A stretch of DNA of 52,491 bases from a virus. Its lineage: Duplodnaviria > Caudoviricetes. The position numbers were made by a program, and so were the translations under genes. Of this stretch, positions 17,305 through 27,700 are shown one piece after another. Below the pieces are notes generated by a model. That model worked only from the letters and a program-made list of their open reading frames with translations. It had not been told where the DNA came from and did not search any database. How positions within the stretch are numbered: the stretch's first letter is position 1; every line of letters starts with the position of its first letter. Where the stretch lies: IMG/VR virus record IMGVR_UViG_3300006922_000034, positions 1 through 52,491 of that record, one strand, 5' to 3'.

Positions 17305-20300
17305 ATGTCTTCAGTAAACGAAAATCAAGCAGGCGACAAAGATTACGGCATTTATAAAAGTGACGTTCCAAATAGTGAATATAGAATCAAAACACATTGG
17401 GGTAAAAGATTTTTTGATCAGTTTGACCTTTACGAAGGAGGCAGTCCGACTTTTGAAGACATTGAAAAGCGAATAGAAAGTTACAGTAATAGAACAACTG
17501 ATGAGTTTAATCAAGATGAATTAGACGATTTGAATCATTTTAGAGCCATGGCCGGTTTAGCAGAATTGGACAATCACAAGGACGACAAACAAAATAATGA
17601 AACTATAAATGATCAAAAGAATGTGTACTCTAAATTTTTAAGAAATAAAGTACGAGGAAACATATTAGACGGCTACTATACTCCACAGTATGTTTTTACC
17701 TTGTATATGTTAAAAAGAAATAAATTAGCCGAATACCAACAACAGACTGGACCAAAGGATGGTGCAGGTAAAGATTCAGGTGACTCCGACGAAGCAAGAG
17801 AAGATACACCTAAAGAAAGCACATTTGTAAAACACAGGACACTTACAAAACCTAACCCTCAAGATTATGTAATTATAGCACAAACAGGAACTACTGATAT
17901 AGGAATAGACGACGTTACTATACAAACATTTAATGGTCTAGACAGTGATGTTATACCATTAAAAGTAGACTTTAAACTTACAGAACCCGGTTCCATATCT
18001 CTTTTAGATAGAATAGCAGAAGCAAAGCGATATTGCGGATATAATAAACCAATATCAACATTACCTGGAATGTTTTTACAATTGGAATTTGCTGGATATC
18101 CAGATGCATCTGCACATGACGGTGTTCCAATTGATTCTGAAGTAGATGGCAAGCCTGAAAGAATACCTCTTGGATTTCCTTCAGATGCAGACGGAGATGC
18201 ATCCAAAGTTCCTACAGAAATGTATTTTGAATTAGGCGGTGTAACATATGATATGGAAATAAGTGCAGAAGGAGCCACTTATAATGTTAGTGCATATAGA
18301 CAGAAAACAGGCGGTAGAGATAGATTACATTTAAAGACTGCTCACACTATTAAAGGCAGAACCCTATCAGAACTGTTAGGTGGGCTACATCCAGTACAAC
18401 CAGGTAGTACTTCTGATACAACACCGGATAATTCACAAGATCCTGATGCCGGTGCTTCAGGAGATGAAGTCACTGACACTGGTACTGATGCTACAACACC
18501 AGCCGAAGAATGGTATGGATTGGAATATGCCTTTAATAAAGATTTTGAAGATTTAGACGACCCGGTAGATAAAAAGACGAACGAAGAGTTTAAATTATTT
18601 TTAGACGGGTTTATATCAAATTTTGCTTGTAAAGAAGGTGATCCTATTAAAATGACGCCAGATACGATTTCTGATGCATTATTAAAGGATTATAGTTTAT
18701 TAGAAACATTCGCAAAATCAGGTTCAATTACAAAATTAACTGACACTGGTGATAAAGTGTTGAATTGGCAAACCCAAACAGATCAGCAGTCAGTTGAAGA
18801 CGACGCCGCTGGTGGACCGGTAATTGTTGAATATGATGTTAGTAGATCAATAAACGACAGCATCAATGTTAATGGTGCTAGGGGAGATATATCAATTACT
18901 GAAGAAGTAGAAAAAACTATTAATGGTAAAGCCGTTTATTCAGATCCTTTAATTTCAATTAACATTCCCGCTGGTACTCATATCAAAGATTGTATATATT
19001 TAGTTTTATCCCTCAGTGAAGATTTTGTTAATAAAGCAATTAGAATTAAACCTGGAGGTTACAATGAGAAAGACATTAAAACTGTTGATAGTGCATATTC
19101 AAGGTGGCTTACATTAGATACAGATCACTTTGTAGATTTTTCAGAACAAAGTTGGGACGAAAAAAAGGGTTCTTACGATGAATACTTTCATGTAAGACCA
19201 GTGTTGTCTTATACTAGTAATCCAAACATGATTATATTTGAAGAAGAATATGAAAAAATTAAAAATCCAACATTAAAAGAAATTTCAACTCTGTTAGACT
19301 CAATGTCCATACAAAAAGAATACTACTATAGTTATACAGGACTTAACACGCAAATATTGGATTTGTCCTTAACATTTGATGAGGCTTATGCATTAAATAT
19401 ACCAGCATTTGGATTTGGAGACTATGCTCAACAGTCTGGTGTAGCCACAGCATCTGCATTAAAAGAAGAAGAAAATGCACAAAATACAAATGATAGTGAA
19501 GGCGTAAACGATATCTTAAGTAAAGATAAAAAAGCAGGTGGAATTTTTGAGACTCTCAAAGGACTTAGTGATGTAGAATTTGAAAAATTTGCAGAATTCG
19601 CCGGATACTCTTCAGAAGACATTTCTAGATTAGTGCAAGAAAAAAATTATGTAAATGAATTTGGAAGTGTAAGGGGAACAACAAATATAGAAGACCAAGA
19701 ATACCTAAAAGAATTTGCGAGTGGTTTGGCTATGGATGACGTAGGAGATGCAATATTATCTGGTTACACTAGAACCACAGAAAATAGTGAAGACCCGGTA
19801 CCAACAGAAACTACAGAGTTATTGACCGATTTAAGTAATGATTTAACTGTAGTGTCTCCTTACATATATGCTTCTGCATTAGTTATGGGACTGGAAGGAA
19901 ATGACATGGCGGCGGAATTTTACAAGTCACTTGACAATGAGCAACTTGGAGAAGAATTTCAAAATATAGTTAAGCCTAAATTAGATACAGTAGAAGTATC
20001 TAATATTGTTGAATCTGCACCGGAAGAAAGAAACTCCATTAGGTCAACAACAATGAGTCATTTAATGAGACAATATACAAATGCGGCGTCTACACAAATG
20101 ATGGATCTATCTGTTAGGGGAGACCCTTATTGGTTAGGCAACGATGTGTTTTATGACGTCCGTAAAGAAAGCGACGGTCAGCCTGATTTTACAAAAAAGA
20201 CACAAGATATTTTCTTTGTAATGGAAGCACCTAGAAAACTAGATTTTGATTTAGATGACGAAGATAACAATACCGGTTTATTTGATTATGGCAGTATAAA

Positions 20301-20550
20301 TTATACACTAAGTGGAGTTTATCTGGTGTATAGATGTACATCCAATTTCAGCGGAGGATTGTTTACACAAGAGTTAAATATGGCACAGAACAAATTATAT
20401 GAATTTTCTAAAATAGAAACAATTAAAAGAACCGGAACACAGAATTTAGAAGATTTTGAAAATTATAAAGCACAAAAGGCCTGGAACGAAAGTAGAGCAG
20501 AATACTATAAGAAACAAGAAGAACAACGCTCAGGAACACCAACAGAGTAA
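17305..20550 (+). CDS. Large baseplate hub protein (gp27-like) with insertions
   Basis: C-terminal L.VRGDPYWL and SGVYLV....SNFSGGLFTQEL hub-like motifs; lies between gp53 and gp5. Confidence 0.6.
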   Translation: MSSVNENQAGDKDYGIYKSDVPNSEYRIKTHWGKRFFDQFDLYEGGSPTFEDIEKRIESYSNRTTDEFNQDELDDLNHFRAMAGLAELDNHKDDKQNNETINDQKNVYSKFLRNKVRGNILDGYYTPQYVFTLYMLKRNKLAEYQQQTGPKDGAGKDSGDSDEAREDTPKESTFVKHRTLTKPNPQDYVIIAQTGTTDIGIDDVTIQTFNGLDSDVIPLKVDFKLTEPGSISLLDRIAEAKRYCGYNKPISTLPGMFLQLEFAGYPDASAHDGVPIDSEVDGKPERIPLGFPSDADGDASKVPTEMYFELGGVTYDMEISAEGATYNVSAYRQKTGGRDRLHLKTAHTIKGRTLSELLGGLHPVQPGSTSDTTPDNSQDPDAGASGDEVTDTGTDATTPAEEWYGLEYAFNKDFEDLDDPVDKKTNEEFKLFLDGFISNFACKEGDPIKMTPDTISDALLKDYSLLETFAKSGSITKLTDTGDKVLNWQTQTDQQSVEDDAAGGPVIVEYDVSRSINDSINVNGARGDISITEEVEKTINGKAVYSDPLISINIPAGTHIKDCIYLVLSLSEDFVNKAIRIKPGGYNEKDIKTVDSAYSRWLTLDTDHFVDFSEQSWDEKKGSYDEYFHVRPVLSYTSNPNMIIFEEEYEKIKNPTLKEISTLLDSMSIQKEYYYSYTGLNTQILDLSLTFDEAYALNIPAFGFGDYAQQSGVATASALKEEENAQNTNDSEGVNDILSKDKKAGGIFETLKGLSDVEFEKFAEFAGYSSEDISRLVQEKNYVNEFGSVRGTTNIEDQEYLKEFASGLAMDDVGDAILSGYTRTTENSEDPVPTETTELLTDLSNDLTVVSPYIYASALVMGLEGNDMAAEFYKSLDNEQLGEEFQNIVKPKLDTVEVSNIVESAPEERNSIRSTTMSHLMRQYTNAASTQMMDLSVRGDPYWLGNDVFYDVRKESDGQPDFTKKTQDIFFVMEAPRKLDFDLDDEDNNTGLFDYGSINYTLSGVYLVYRCTSNFSGGLFTQELNMAQNKLYEFSKIETIKRTGTQNLEDFENYKAQKAWNESRAEYYKKQEEQRSGTPTE

Positions 20551-20556
20551 AGTAAA

Positions 20557-22197
20557 ATGGCACACAGATATACAAGAGAACAACATGTAACAGACGGAAT
20601 TTATTTCGGTGAAGTCGTATCTGCACAAGACCCAGATATGAACGGTAGGCTTAAAGTATATATTCCAGCACTACATAAAAGAAGAAAAAATCCTAAAGGC
20701 TCAAACGATAGAGAAATGGCAACATTTAATTGTATCTGGACCTCTCCATTTGCAGGTGGTACAAACTATGCAAATGAAAATGTAAATATGAAAGATGACC
20801 ACAGGGGGTCTGGAAAATCATATGGTATGTGGATGGTTCCGCCTGATGCAGGAACGCAGGTTGTAGTAGCATTTGGGCAAGGAAATTTAAAATACGGAGT
20901 TATAGTAAGTTGTTTATTTCCTGAAGATCGTGCATTTATGGTGCCGGGTGTGGCAGGATCTCCCTTTAACTACTCTAAACTAGGGTATAAATTACCAGTA
21001 AGTGAAAAGAACAAATTTGATAATGAAAATCCTGGTAAAGGAACAGATGTATTAAGGCCGGCACACTTAGATTATGCAAGACCTATTTACGAGCAAGGAT
21101 TACTGGGCGACAACGTTAGAGGAGCATCCTCAAGTACATCTAGAAGAGAATCTCCTAGTAGTGTGTTTGGAATATTAACACCGGGTAATATAAAACCACC
21201 CACAGGAGACGGTCCGGCATTGCCTGGCAACAGAGGTGCAGGACATCAATTTGTAATGGACGACGGTGATCAAAACGGTGCCAGCAAAAATATAAGATTG
21301 AGAACAGGTGGTGGTAATCAAATTCTACTAGATGATAATGAAGGAATAATTTACTTCATTAACAAGAGCGGTAAAGCCTGGATGGAATTAGATCAAGCAG
21401 GCGGGATAACAATATTTGGAGAAGGGTCAGTAGATATTCGCTCTAAAGGAAATTTTAATTTAAGAGCAGATAGAAATGTAAATATAGAAGCCGGTGGTGA
21501 TGTCAATATTAAAGCCGCAGGAGATACAGCAACTGGTGATGGTGACCAGTATGTTGGCTTACAGCCTATTCCCGGACTTCCATCATTAGGGTATGGTGGT
21601 AACTTAAGATTTGAAAGTGTTGCACAAACATCTATATACTCTGGACAGAGTGCCCAACTTACATCAGTAGGAGGAGATATAGATATAAGTGCCGCAGGTA
21701 GATCAGCGATTACAGGTGGAACAACTGGCGTAGATATATTTGCAGGTGCAGGTGGAATTAAAATGATGTCTGCATTAGGTGGTATCCATTTAAATTCTTC
21801 ATTAGGGATAAATTTAACTAGTACAGCACCTATTAGTTTAGCAGGACTTCCAGTCTTACTAAATTCTCCTGGAGGCATACCAGGTATGCCGGCATTACCA
21901 GCCTTATCAGGTAGTGCAATATCAACAAACAAACATGACGACTGGTCTAGTAAAACTCCTGATTTTGGAGATTCCGATGATTTAATGCCAGATACTACAA
22001 CAGAAAATGCGTCAGGTAGGGAAAAAGGTTCTACTGTTAAATCTATAGTAACAACCATGCCTACTGCAGAACCTTATTTAAATCATTTTAAATCAGATGC
22101 AATGGCACACCAACAGTCTTCTATGACAGAAGAAGATTATGATGATGAATTAGGTCCTAACGATGCTGATTCACCAGACGGATATTTGGGAGGTTAA
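20557..22197 (+). CDS. gp5: Central spike protein, gp5/VgrG-like (OB-fold plus beta-helix)
   Basis: DPDMNGRLKVYIP, SYGMWMVPPD.G..V.V.F, GHQFVMDDG, RLRT.GG.QILLDD, followed by beta-helix repeats. Confidence 0.85.
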   Translation: MAHRYTREQHVTDGIYFGEVVSAQDPDMNGRLKVYIPALHKRRKNPKGSNDREMATFNCIWTSPFAGGTNYANENVNMKDDHRGSGKSYGMWMVPPDAGTQVVVAFGQGNLKYGVIVSCLFPEDRAFMVPGVAGSPFNYSKLGYKLPVSEKNKFDNENPGKGTDVLRPAHLDYARPIYEQGLLGDNVRGASSSTSRRESPSSVFGILTPGNIKPPTGDGPALPGNRGAGHQFVMDDGDQNGASKNIRLRTGGGNQILLDDNEGIIYFINKSGKAWMELDQAGGITIFGEGSVDIRSKGNFNLRADRNVNIEAGGDVNIKAAGDTATGDGDQYVGLQPIPGLPSLGYGGNLRFESVAQTSIYSGQSAQLTSVGGDIDISAAGRSAITGGTTGVDIFAGAGGIKMMSALGGIHLNSSLGINLTSTAPISLAGLPVLLNSPGGIPGMPALPALSGSAISTNKHDDWSSKTPDFGDSDDLMPDTTTENASGREKGSTVKSIVTTMPTAEPYLNHFKSDAMAHQQSSMTEEDYDDELGPNDADSPDGYLGG

Positions 22198-22198
22198 G

Positions 22199-23485
22199 AT
22201 GACAGAAAAGAAAGGACATAATCCAACACCTGTACAAAGTTTTAGTGACGGTCTCGATGCAAAAACGAAAAAAGTAGAAGAAACTTCCAAAGCATTTTCT
22301 GAGGCAGTTGGTGCCGTTTCAGGTGCAAGGGTAGCCGCAGAAAGAAAAAAATTACTAGGTAAATTAAAGGGTATTGGAAATAGTTTACTTGGGCCTATAA
22401 AAGACAAAATTAGTAATTTCAGTAATCCAGTATTTAAGAAGATAGAAGAAATACAAAGTTATATGGATGTACAAACATTATTACTTAAAGTATTGCCTCC
22501 AATAAGAGTAATGATGACCAATGCATTTGGTGATAAAGTTATTGGGCCTTCTAAAATATTAAAAGAAGCACAGGCAATGATCAAACAAGTGCAATTAGAT
22601 ATTAATAATTTAGAAACTTTAGTAGATGATGTAAAGGCTTTACCGGCACAAATGAATGCTTTAGCCAATGCTACAATCAACGACATCTATGCATCTGCAG
22701 GATTAGTAGGTGGTTCAATGGCAGACTTTTCTAATCTTGCAAATTCTTTACAAAACGAATTTACTTTGGGTTCTTTAAATGATTTAATTAAAAGTACACC
22801 CGGTGCGGCAGTAGGAGAAAGTGGTAGCGGAGACGGTATTACAAACAGAGACTTATTTGTAAACATTGTTGCTGGATTAAAAGAAAAAGGAATTACACCA
22901 ATTATAGATGGACCGTCTATTATACTTGTAGACGATCAGGGAAATAAGGTTATAGATTTTAACAATGGCATAGGCCCTATAGGAATAAATCTTACAGCAA
23001 TGTCTTTATCGAAAGAATCAGAAAACAGTATTCATGCTCTTGTAAAAGTTCCTATTAGCGACTTTCAATTTGTTGCTCTTGTAAGTTTTGTAAATCATAT
23101 TGGACCTGTAAACTTTGCAGGAAGTTCTGTATTAAGACAATTAAACCAAGAGAACTATCACAGAGTACCAGAAATGATAATGAAATGGAGATCTGGTGCT
23201 TTATCGCCTAATGCAAGTGCTGTAGTTAAACAGGATTATGTAGATAGAAGACTTTTTGAAGCAGAATTATTCACTACACCAGACTGGGTAAACTTTGATT
23301 ACAAACCTGGAGAGGGTGCTTTATTGTCATGGCCACAACTTACAACAGAATTAAAGGAAGCCAAGAAGGCCGCAATAGAAGAATTAACAAATAAAGGTAT
23401 TGATCCAAGTACTGGAGAACAATATTTAGAAGGAAAGCCAGTAAAGAAAGACGACCCTACGGCTATATACGACCCTAAAGGTTAA
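22199..23485 (+). CDS. Virion protein with a C-terminal GH24 lysozyme-like domain (catalytic motif not evident)
   Basis: VKVPISDFQFVALVSFVNHIG..NF.GSSVLRQLN...KW...RR..EAELF. Start at ATG 22199 after GGAGG. Confidence 0.7.
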   Translation: MTEKKGHNPTPVQSFSDGLDAKTKKVEETSKAFSEAVGAVSGARVAAERKKLLGKLKGIGNSLLGPIKDKISNFSNPVFKKIEEIQSYMDVQTLLLKVLPPIRVMMTNAFGDKVIGPSKILKEAQAMIKQVQLDINNLETLVDDVKALPAQMNALANATINDIYASAGLVGGSMADFSNLANSLQNEFTLGSLNDLIKSTPGAAVGESGSGDGITNRDLFVNIVAGLKEKGITPIIDGPSIILVDDQGNKVIDFNNGIGPIGINLTAMSLSKESENSIHALVKVPISDFQFVALVSFVNHIGPVNFAGSSVLRQLNQENYHRVPEMIMKWRSGALSPNASAVVKQDYVDRRLFEAELFTTPDWVNFDYKPGEGALLSWPQLTTELKEAKKAAIEELTNKGIDPSTGEQYLEGKPVKKDDPTAIYDPKG

Positions 23486-23676
23486 CTATTTTTTAGTTCT
23501 TTTTTAAGGTCTGCATTCTCAACTAATAATCTATACTTTTGCTCTTGCTCGTCAGCAACTGCTTTTTCTAGCAATTCAATATGAGCTCTCAAACTATGAT
23601 TTTCGTTGTTTTTCTCAACCAACATAATTCTTAGTTCTTCTTCTAAAGTATTATTAAGTGTTTTTGTATCAGACAT
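23482..23676 (-). CDS. Small coiled-coil hypothetical protein
   Basis: 64-aa heptad-rich ORF directly downstream of the hydrolase gene. Confidence 0.6.
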   Translation of the reverse strand: MSDTKTLNNTLEEELRIMLVEKNNENHSLRAHIELLEKAVADEQEQKYRLLVENADLKKELKNS

Positions 23677-23677
23677 G

Positions 23678-24283
23678 TTATTTCTCGATTAAGGTTTGCA
23701 AAAAATCTGTAACACTATTATTTAACAAAACTCCGCTATGTCCTGCTTCTATAGTGATGTTTTCAGTGTTTTTAAATTTAGGTGGAGTATTAAGTTGACT
23801 ATCCACTGATATCATTCCGTCGTTTGCCTTTCCGCCTAATCCTGCTAATGGATTAGAACCACTGGTACATACTATATTTGTATGTAAGCCATTGTAAGAC
23901 TTTTCTTGTAATAGTCCTAAAACTTCTGCCCCAGGCCTAGTATTTTCAAATACTTTTTTATTTCTAAATATCATTGCAAGTATTCTAGCAACTGGAGTAC
24001 CTTCCCAAGGAGCCGCTATTGTAACTAAATGTTCTACATTTTTAGGATAAACACTTGCATACCAACTTGCTAGTAATCCTCCGAAACTATGTCCCACTAA
24101 AATTACTTTTTCTTTACCGAATTCTCTTTGTTTACGCATTCTAAACAATTCTACTAAGTCATATGGATCATCTTCCATATTATAGGAAGGACGTATGAAA
24201 TTGTGTTCTGGTAACTTTAAAGTATAGTAATTAAAGTTATCTGGCTCTGCATTTGCTCCATGTATGTACATAATATTCTTCAT
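23678..24283 (-). CDS. Alpha/beta hydrolase (lipase/esterase-like)
   Basis: Oxyanion IHG, nucleophile elbow GHSFGG, NDGMI (Asp) and AGHSG (His). Confidence 0.88.
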   Translation of the reverse strand: MKNIMYIHGANAEPDNFNYYTLKLPEHNFIRPSYNMEDDPYDLVELFRMRKQREFGKEKVILVGHSFGGLLASWYASVYPKNVEHLVTIAAPWEGTPVARILAMIFRNKKVFENTRPGAEVLGLLQEKSYNGLHTNIVCTSGSNPLAGLGGKANDGMISVDSQLNTPPKFKNTENITIEAGHSGVLLNNSVTDFLQTLIEK

Positions 24284-24289
24284 CTTGTT

Positions 24290-24318
24290 ATTATACAGTC
24301 TAAAATTGCCATTGTCAA
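24290..24318 (-). promoter_or_regulatory. Consensus sigma70 promoter giving a leaderless hydrolase mRNA
   Basis: TTGACA-17nt-TATAAT; the ATG begins after a 6-nt gap from the -10 box. Confidence 0.75.
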
Positions 24319-24347
24319 CTATTAATTAAAACTAGTTATAATGTTTT

Positions 24348-24356
24348 TGATAAATA
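24348..24356 (+). promoter_or_regulatory. Late promoter TGATAAATA for the gp25-gp6-giant wedge operon
   Basis: Exact 9-mer; ATG 24362 follows after 5 nt. Confidence 0.7.
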
Positions 24357-24361
24357 CATGT

Positions 24362-24733
24362 ATGGCAATATTTAAAGGATTTAGTACGATAGATAAGGTT
24401 AGAGCACCATATACTTTAACTGATATAGATCTAGTTAAAAGAGATCTACTCAACCATTTTTATACTAAAAAAGGTGAGCGACTAATGAAACCAAACTTTG
24501 GCTCTATTATATGGGATTTACTAATGGAACCAGAAGATACAGTAACAGAAGAAGACATTAAAGACGATATAAGAAGAATTATTGATACTGATCCTAGAGT
24601 AACACTTAAAGATATCACATTATATATGATGGACCATACAATAAGAGCGGACGTTGCCTTAAAATTTAATCCGGGTTCAGAAGAAGACGTGTTATATTTA
24701 GAATTTATAAATGAATCAGAGGGTTTTGAATAA
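24362..24733 (+). CDS. gp25: Baseplate wedge subunit gp25 (GPW/gp25 family)
   Basis: DLLNHF.TKKGERLMKPNFGSIIWDLLMEP...DPRV motif. Start reassigned to MAIFKGF. Confidence 0.9.
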   Translation: MAIFKGFSTIDKVRAPYTLTDIDLVKRDLLNHFYTKKGERLMKPNFGSIIWDLLMEPEDTVTEEDIKDDIRRIIDTDPRVTLKDITLYMMDHTIRADVALKFNPGSEEDVLYLEFINESEGFE

Positions 24734-27700
24734 TGGCATTATCACAAAGACAAACTAACTTATTTGCCGCAGAAGATTGGAAAATTGCCTATAAGGCATT
24801 TAATAATGTAGACTTTACATCATACGATTTCGATACATTGCGACTTGCAATGGTAAATTACATAAGAACTAATTTTCCAGAAAACTTTAACGATTACATT
24901 GAAAGTTCTGAGTTTATTGCAATTATAGAATTACTTGCATTCCTTTCTCAAGCATTAGCATTTAGAATGGACCTTAACAGTAGAGAAAACTTTTTAGAAA
25001 CTGCTGAAAGAAGAGAAAGTGTCTTTAAACTTGCAAGGATGTTGGGATATAACCCAAGAAGAAATACGGCGGCAAGTGGATTAGTCAAAATTAAGTCTAT
25101 AAAAACAACTGAACCTTTAATAGATAGTTTAGGTGCTAACTTATCTAACAAACAAGTATTCTGGAATGACGTAAACAATCCAGAGTCTTATGAACAGTTT
25201 ATTACAATATTAAATAGTGCATTTAGTAATACAAATAGATTCACTTCGCCAATTAAGAAGGGGGTAGTTGGAGGTATAACTACAGAACTATATAGAATTA
25301 CAAAACAAATTAGTGCTTCACAAACCTTCCCCTATACATTAAATGTAAATGGCATAAGTAGAAATTTTGAAATTGTAGATGGTGATTTTTTAAATGGAAA
25401 ATATTTTTACGAAAGACATCCAGACCCTTTAAACAATTTAGGATTGTTTTATAGAAATGACGGTAAAGGACTTGATAGTAGTAACAGTGGTTTCTTTATG
25501 ATGTTCAAACAAGGAACATTATCATTTTCAGATTTTAATTTTAATACACCTATTCCAAATAGAGTAGCAGATCTTACTTCCTCAAACATAAATGAAACAG
25601 ATGTTTGGGTACAGGAAATTAATACATCAGGTGCTGTAATTAGTAAGTGGATTAAAATACCTAATACAGTAGGACAAACATTAAACTATAATAGTCAAGC
25701 ATTTGGAACAAGAAATCTTTATGCAACAGAAAATTTAGACAACGATGGTGTAAGATTAAAGTTCCCTGATGGAAACTTTGGTAATATGCCTAACGGAATT
25801 TACAGAACATGGCATAGAACCAGTGACGGTGTAAGTTATTCACTACAACCTGACGATGCAAGAAATATTACTATAAATGTTCCGTATGAAAACAGAAACG
25901 GTTCCCCTTATACAATGACTATAACATTGGCATTACAAAATGCTGTAAACAATAGTTTACCGACAGAATCATTAGAAAGTATTAAGCAAAGAGCACCACA
26001 AACTTATTTCACTCAAAACAGAATGATAAGTTCTCAGGATTATAATGTTTTTCCTTTTGCAAAAAGCAGTAACATACAAAAATTATCAGCAGTAAATAGA
26101 ACACATGCTGGTCATAGTAGGTATATAGATATTAATGATCCTACAGGCACATTACAGAACATAGATTTGTTTGCAGATGACGGTTTCCTTTACAAAATGG
26201 ATAAAACTACCAATGTAAGTACAGTTATAAGTGGAAATAATACAGCAAATAATGTTGTAGAGAATATTTTACCCCTGTATTTTAAAAATCAAAATCTTAA
26301 TAACTATGTTTACGACTCTTTCAGAGATAAATGGAAAAAATACAAAACTAACAGTTTTGATATAGAAAGTTTAGGTGTTAAATGGAATCCTCTACCTGTA
26401 AAACTAACAGGAACAACAGGTTACTTTACAGAAACATCAAGTGCAGGAGCGGCCGGTACAGAAAAGGTATTAACAAATACATTTGTATCATTTAAACAGT
26501 TCCAAGAAAACAATTTCCTTAAATTAGTAAACCCAAGTGATATGACTGAGTATAAATGGGTAAGAATTACTAAAGAATCAAATGCAGGATTACTATCCTC
26601 CGGACTTAGTACATCAACAGGACCATGGACACTTAGTTCCTCTGTTCCTACAGGGTGGAGAGTAACAGAAGTTATTGTAACACTAAGAAAAAAACTACAG
26701 GGTTCAGAATTGCCAGACGTTCAAGCACAAATGGAAAATAAAAAGACATTTGGTATAGGATTTGCACCAACAAACATAACAGACGGCCTTTTAGCAGACC
26801 AATGGTATGTAATAGAGAACGCAAACCTTGATAAAACTAGCAAATTTGATGTAAGTAACGCAGGAAGTAAAAACAATACTCCAGATGATGCTAGTTGGTT
26901 AATATTATTTGAATACGAAGCAGTAGACTTAAATTCTTACAGATACAATGTAACTATTCGTGGAGAGCAATACGTTTTTAATAGTAAAGAAGATATTAAA
27001 TTTTACAATGTTAAAAATATTAAAGTTTTAGATAGTGATAACAAGGCAAATACAGATAAGATATCTATCACAACATTTAATAACCAACCTGGTAGTTCAG
27101 AAACATTTAGATGGTACCTAGACGGTACAGGAAGTACAGGTAATAAATGGTTTAGTGAAGAAACAGGAACCGTTACAGATCCTAATCAATATAAATTAGA
27201 ATTACCATTAAGATCTAGAGACACAAATTGGTATGATATCGAAATTGATTGGATTAGTAATTTTGGTATATTAAGGGGCGAAGGTTCTGCAAAAGCAAAC
27301 GTAATTTCTAAAGATTTATTTGTAAATGATGCGACTGTAACACTTAATACATATTTTGATGATGGTGTATCGCCTGAGTTAAGTGGAAACATGACTGTAG
27401 CAAACAACATGGGAAGAGTAAGTCGCATACCGGGTAAAATTAATGTAAGTTTTACAAATGCCACATTTGGTTATAACATTTTTGACGGTAGTGGTAATAT
27501 TACATATAAAGCATATAATCCTACAACATCACAGGTAGAAATTTACCATGGTAATACTATGGTAAATGGATTTAGTAACGCAAACAGCGATGTATATTCT
27601 TACGGTACAGCAGGTACAACAGTACCTATAGCACACGGAGGCAGTGGTACCAATTATAGAGGCAATGTTCAACTAGTTGAAGCAAACTTATCAGCAAAAA

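Noticed and set aside
24341-24361. ORF-track starts at 24341, 48069, 22163, 11479 and 3987
   Set aside because: They overlap promoter motifs or upstream genes; downstream starts fit RBS or leaderless geometry better.
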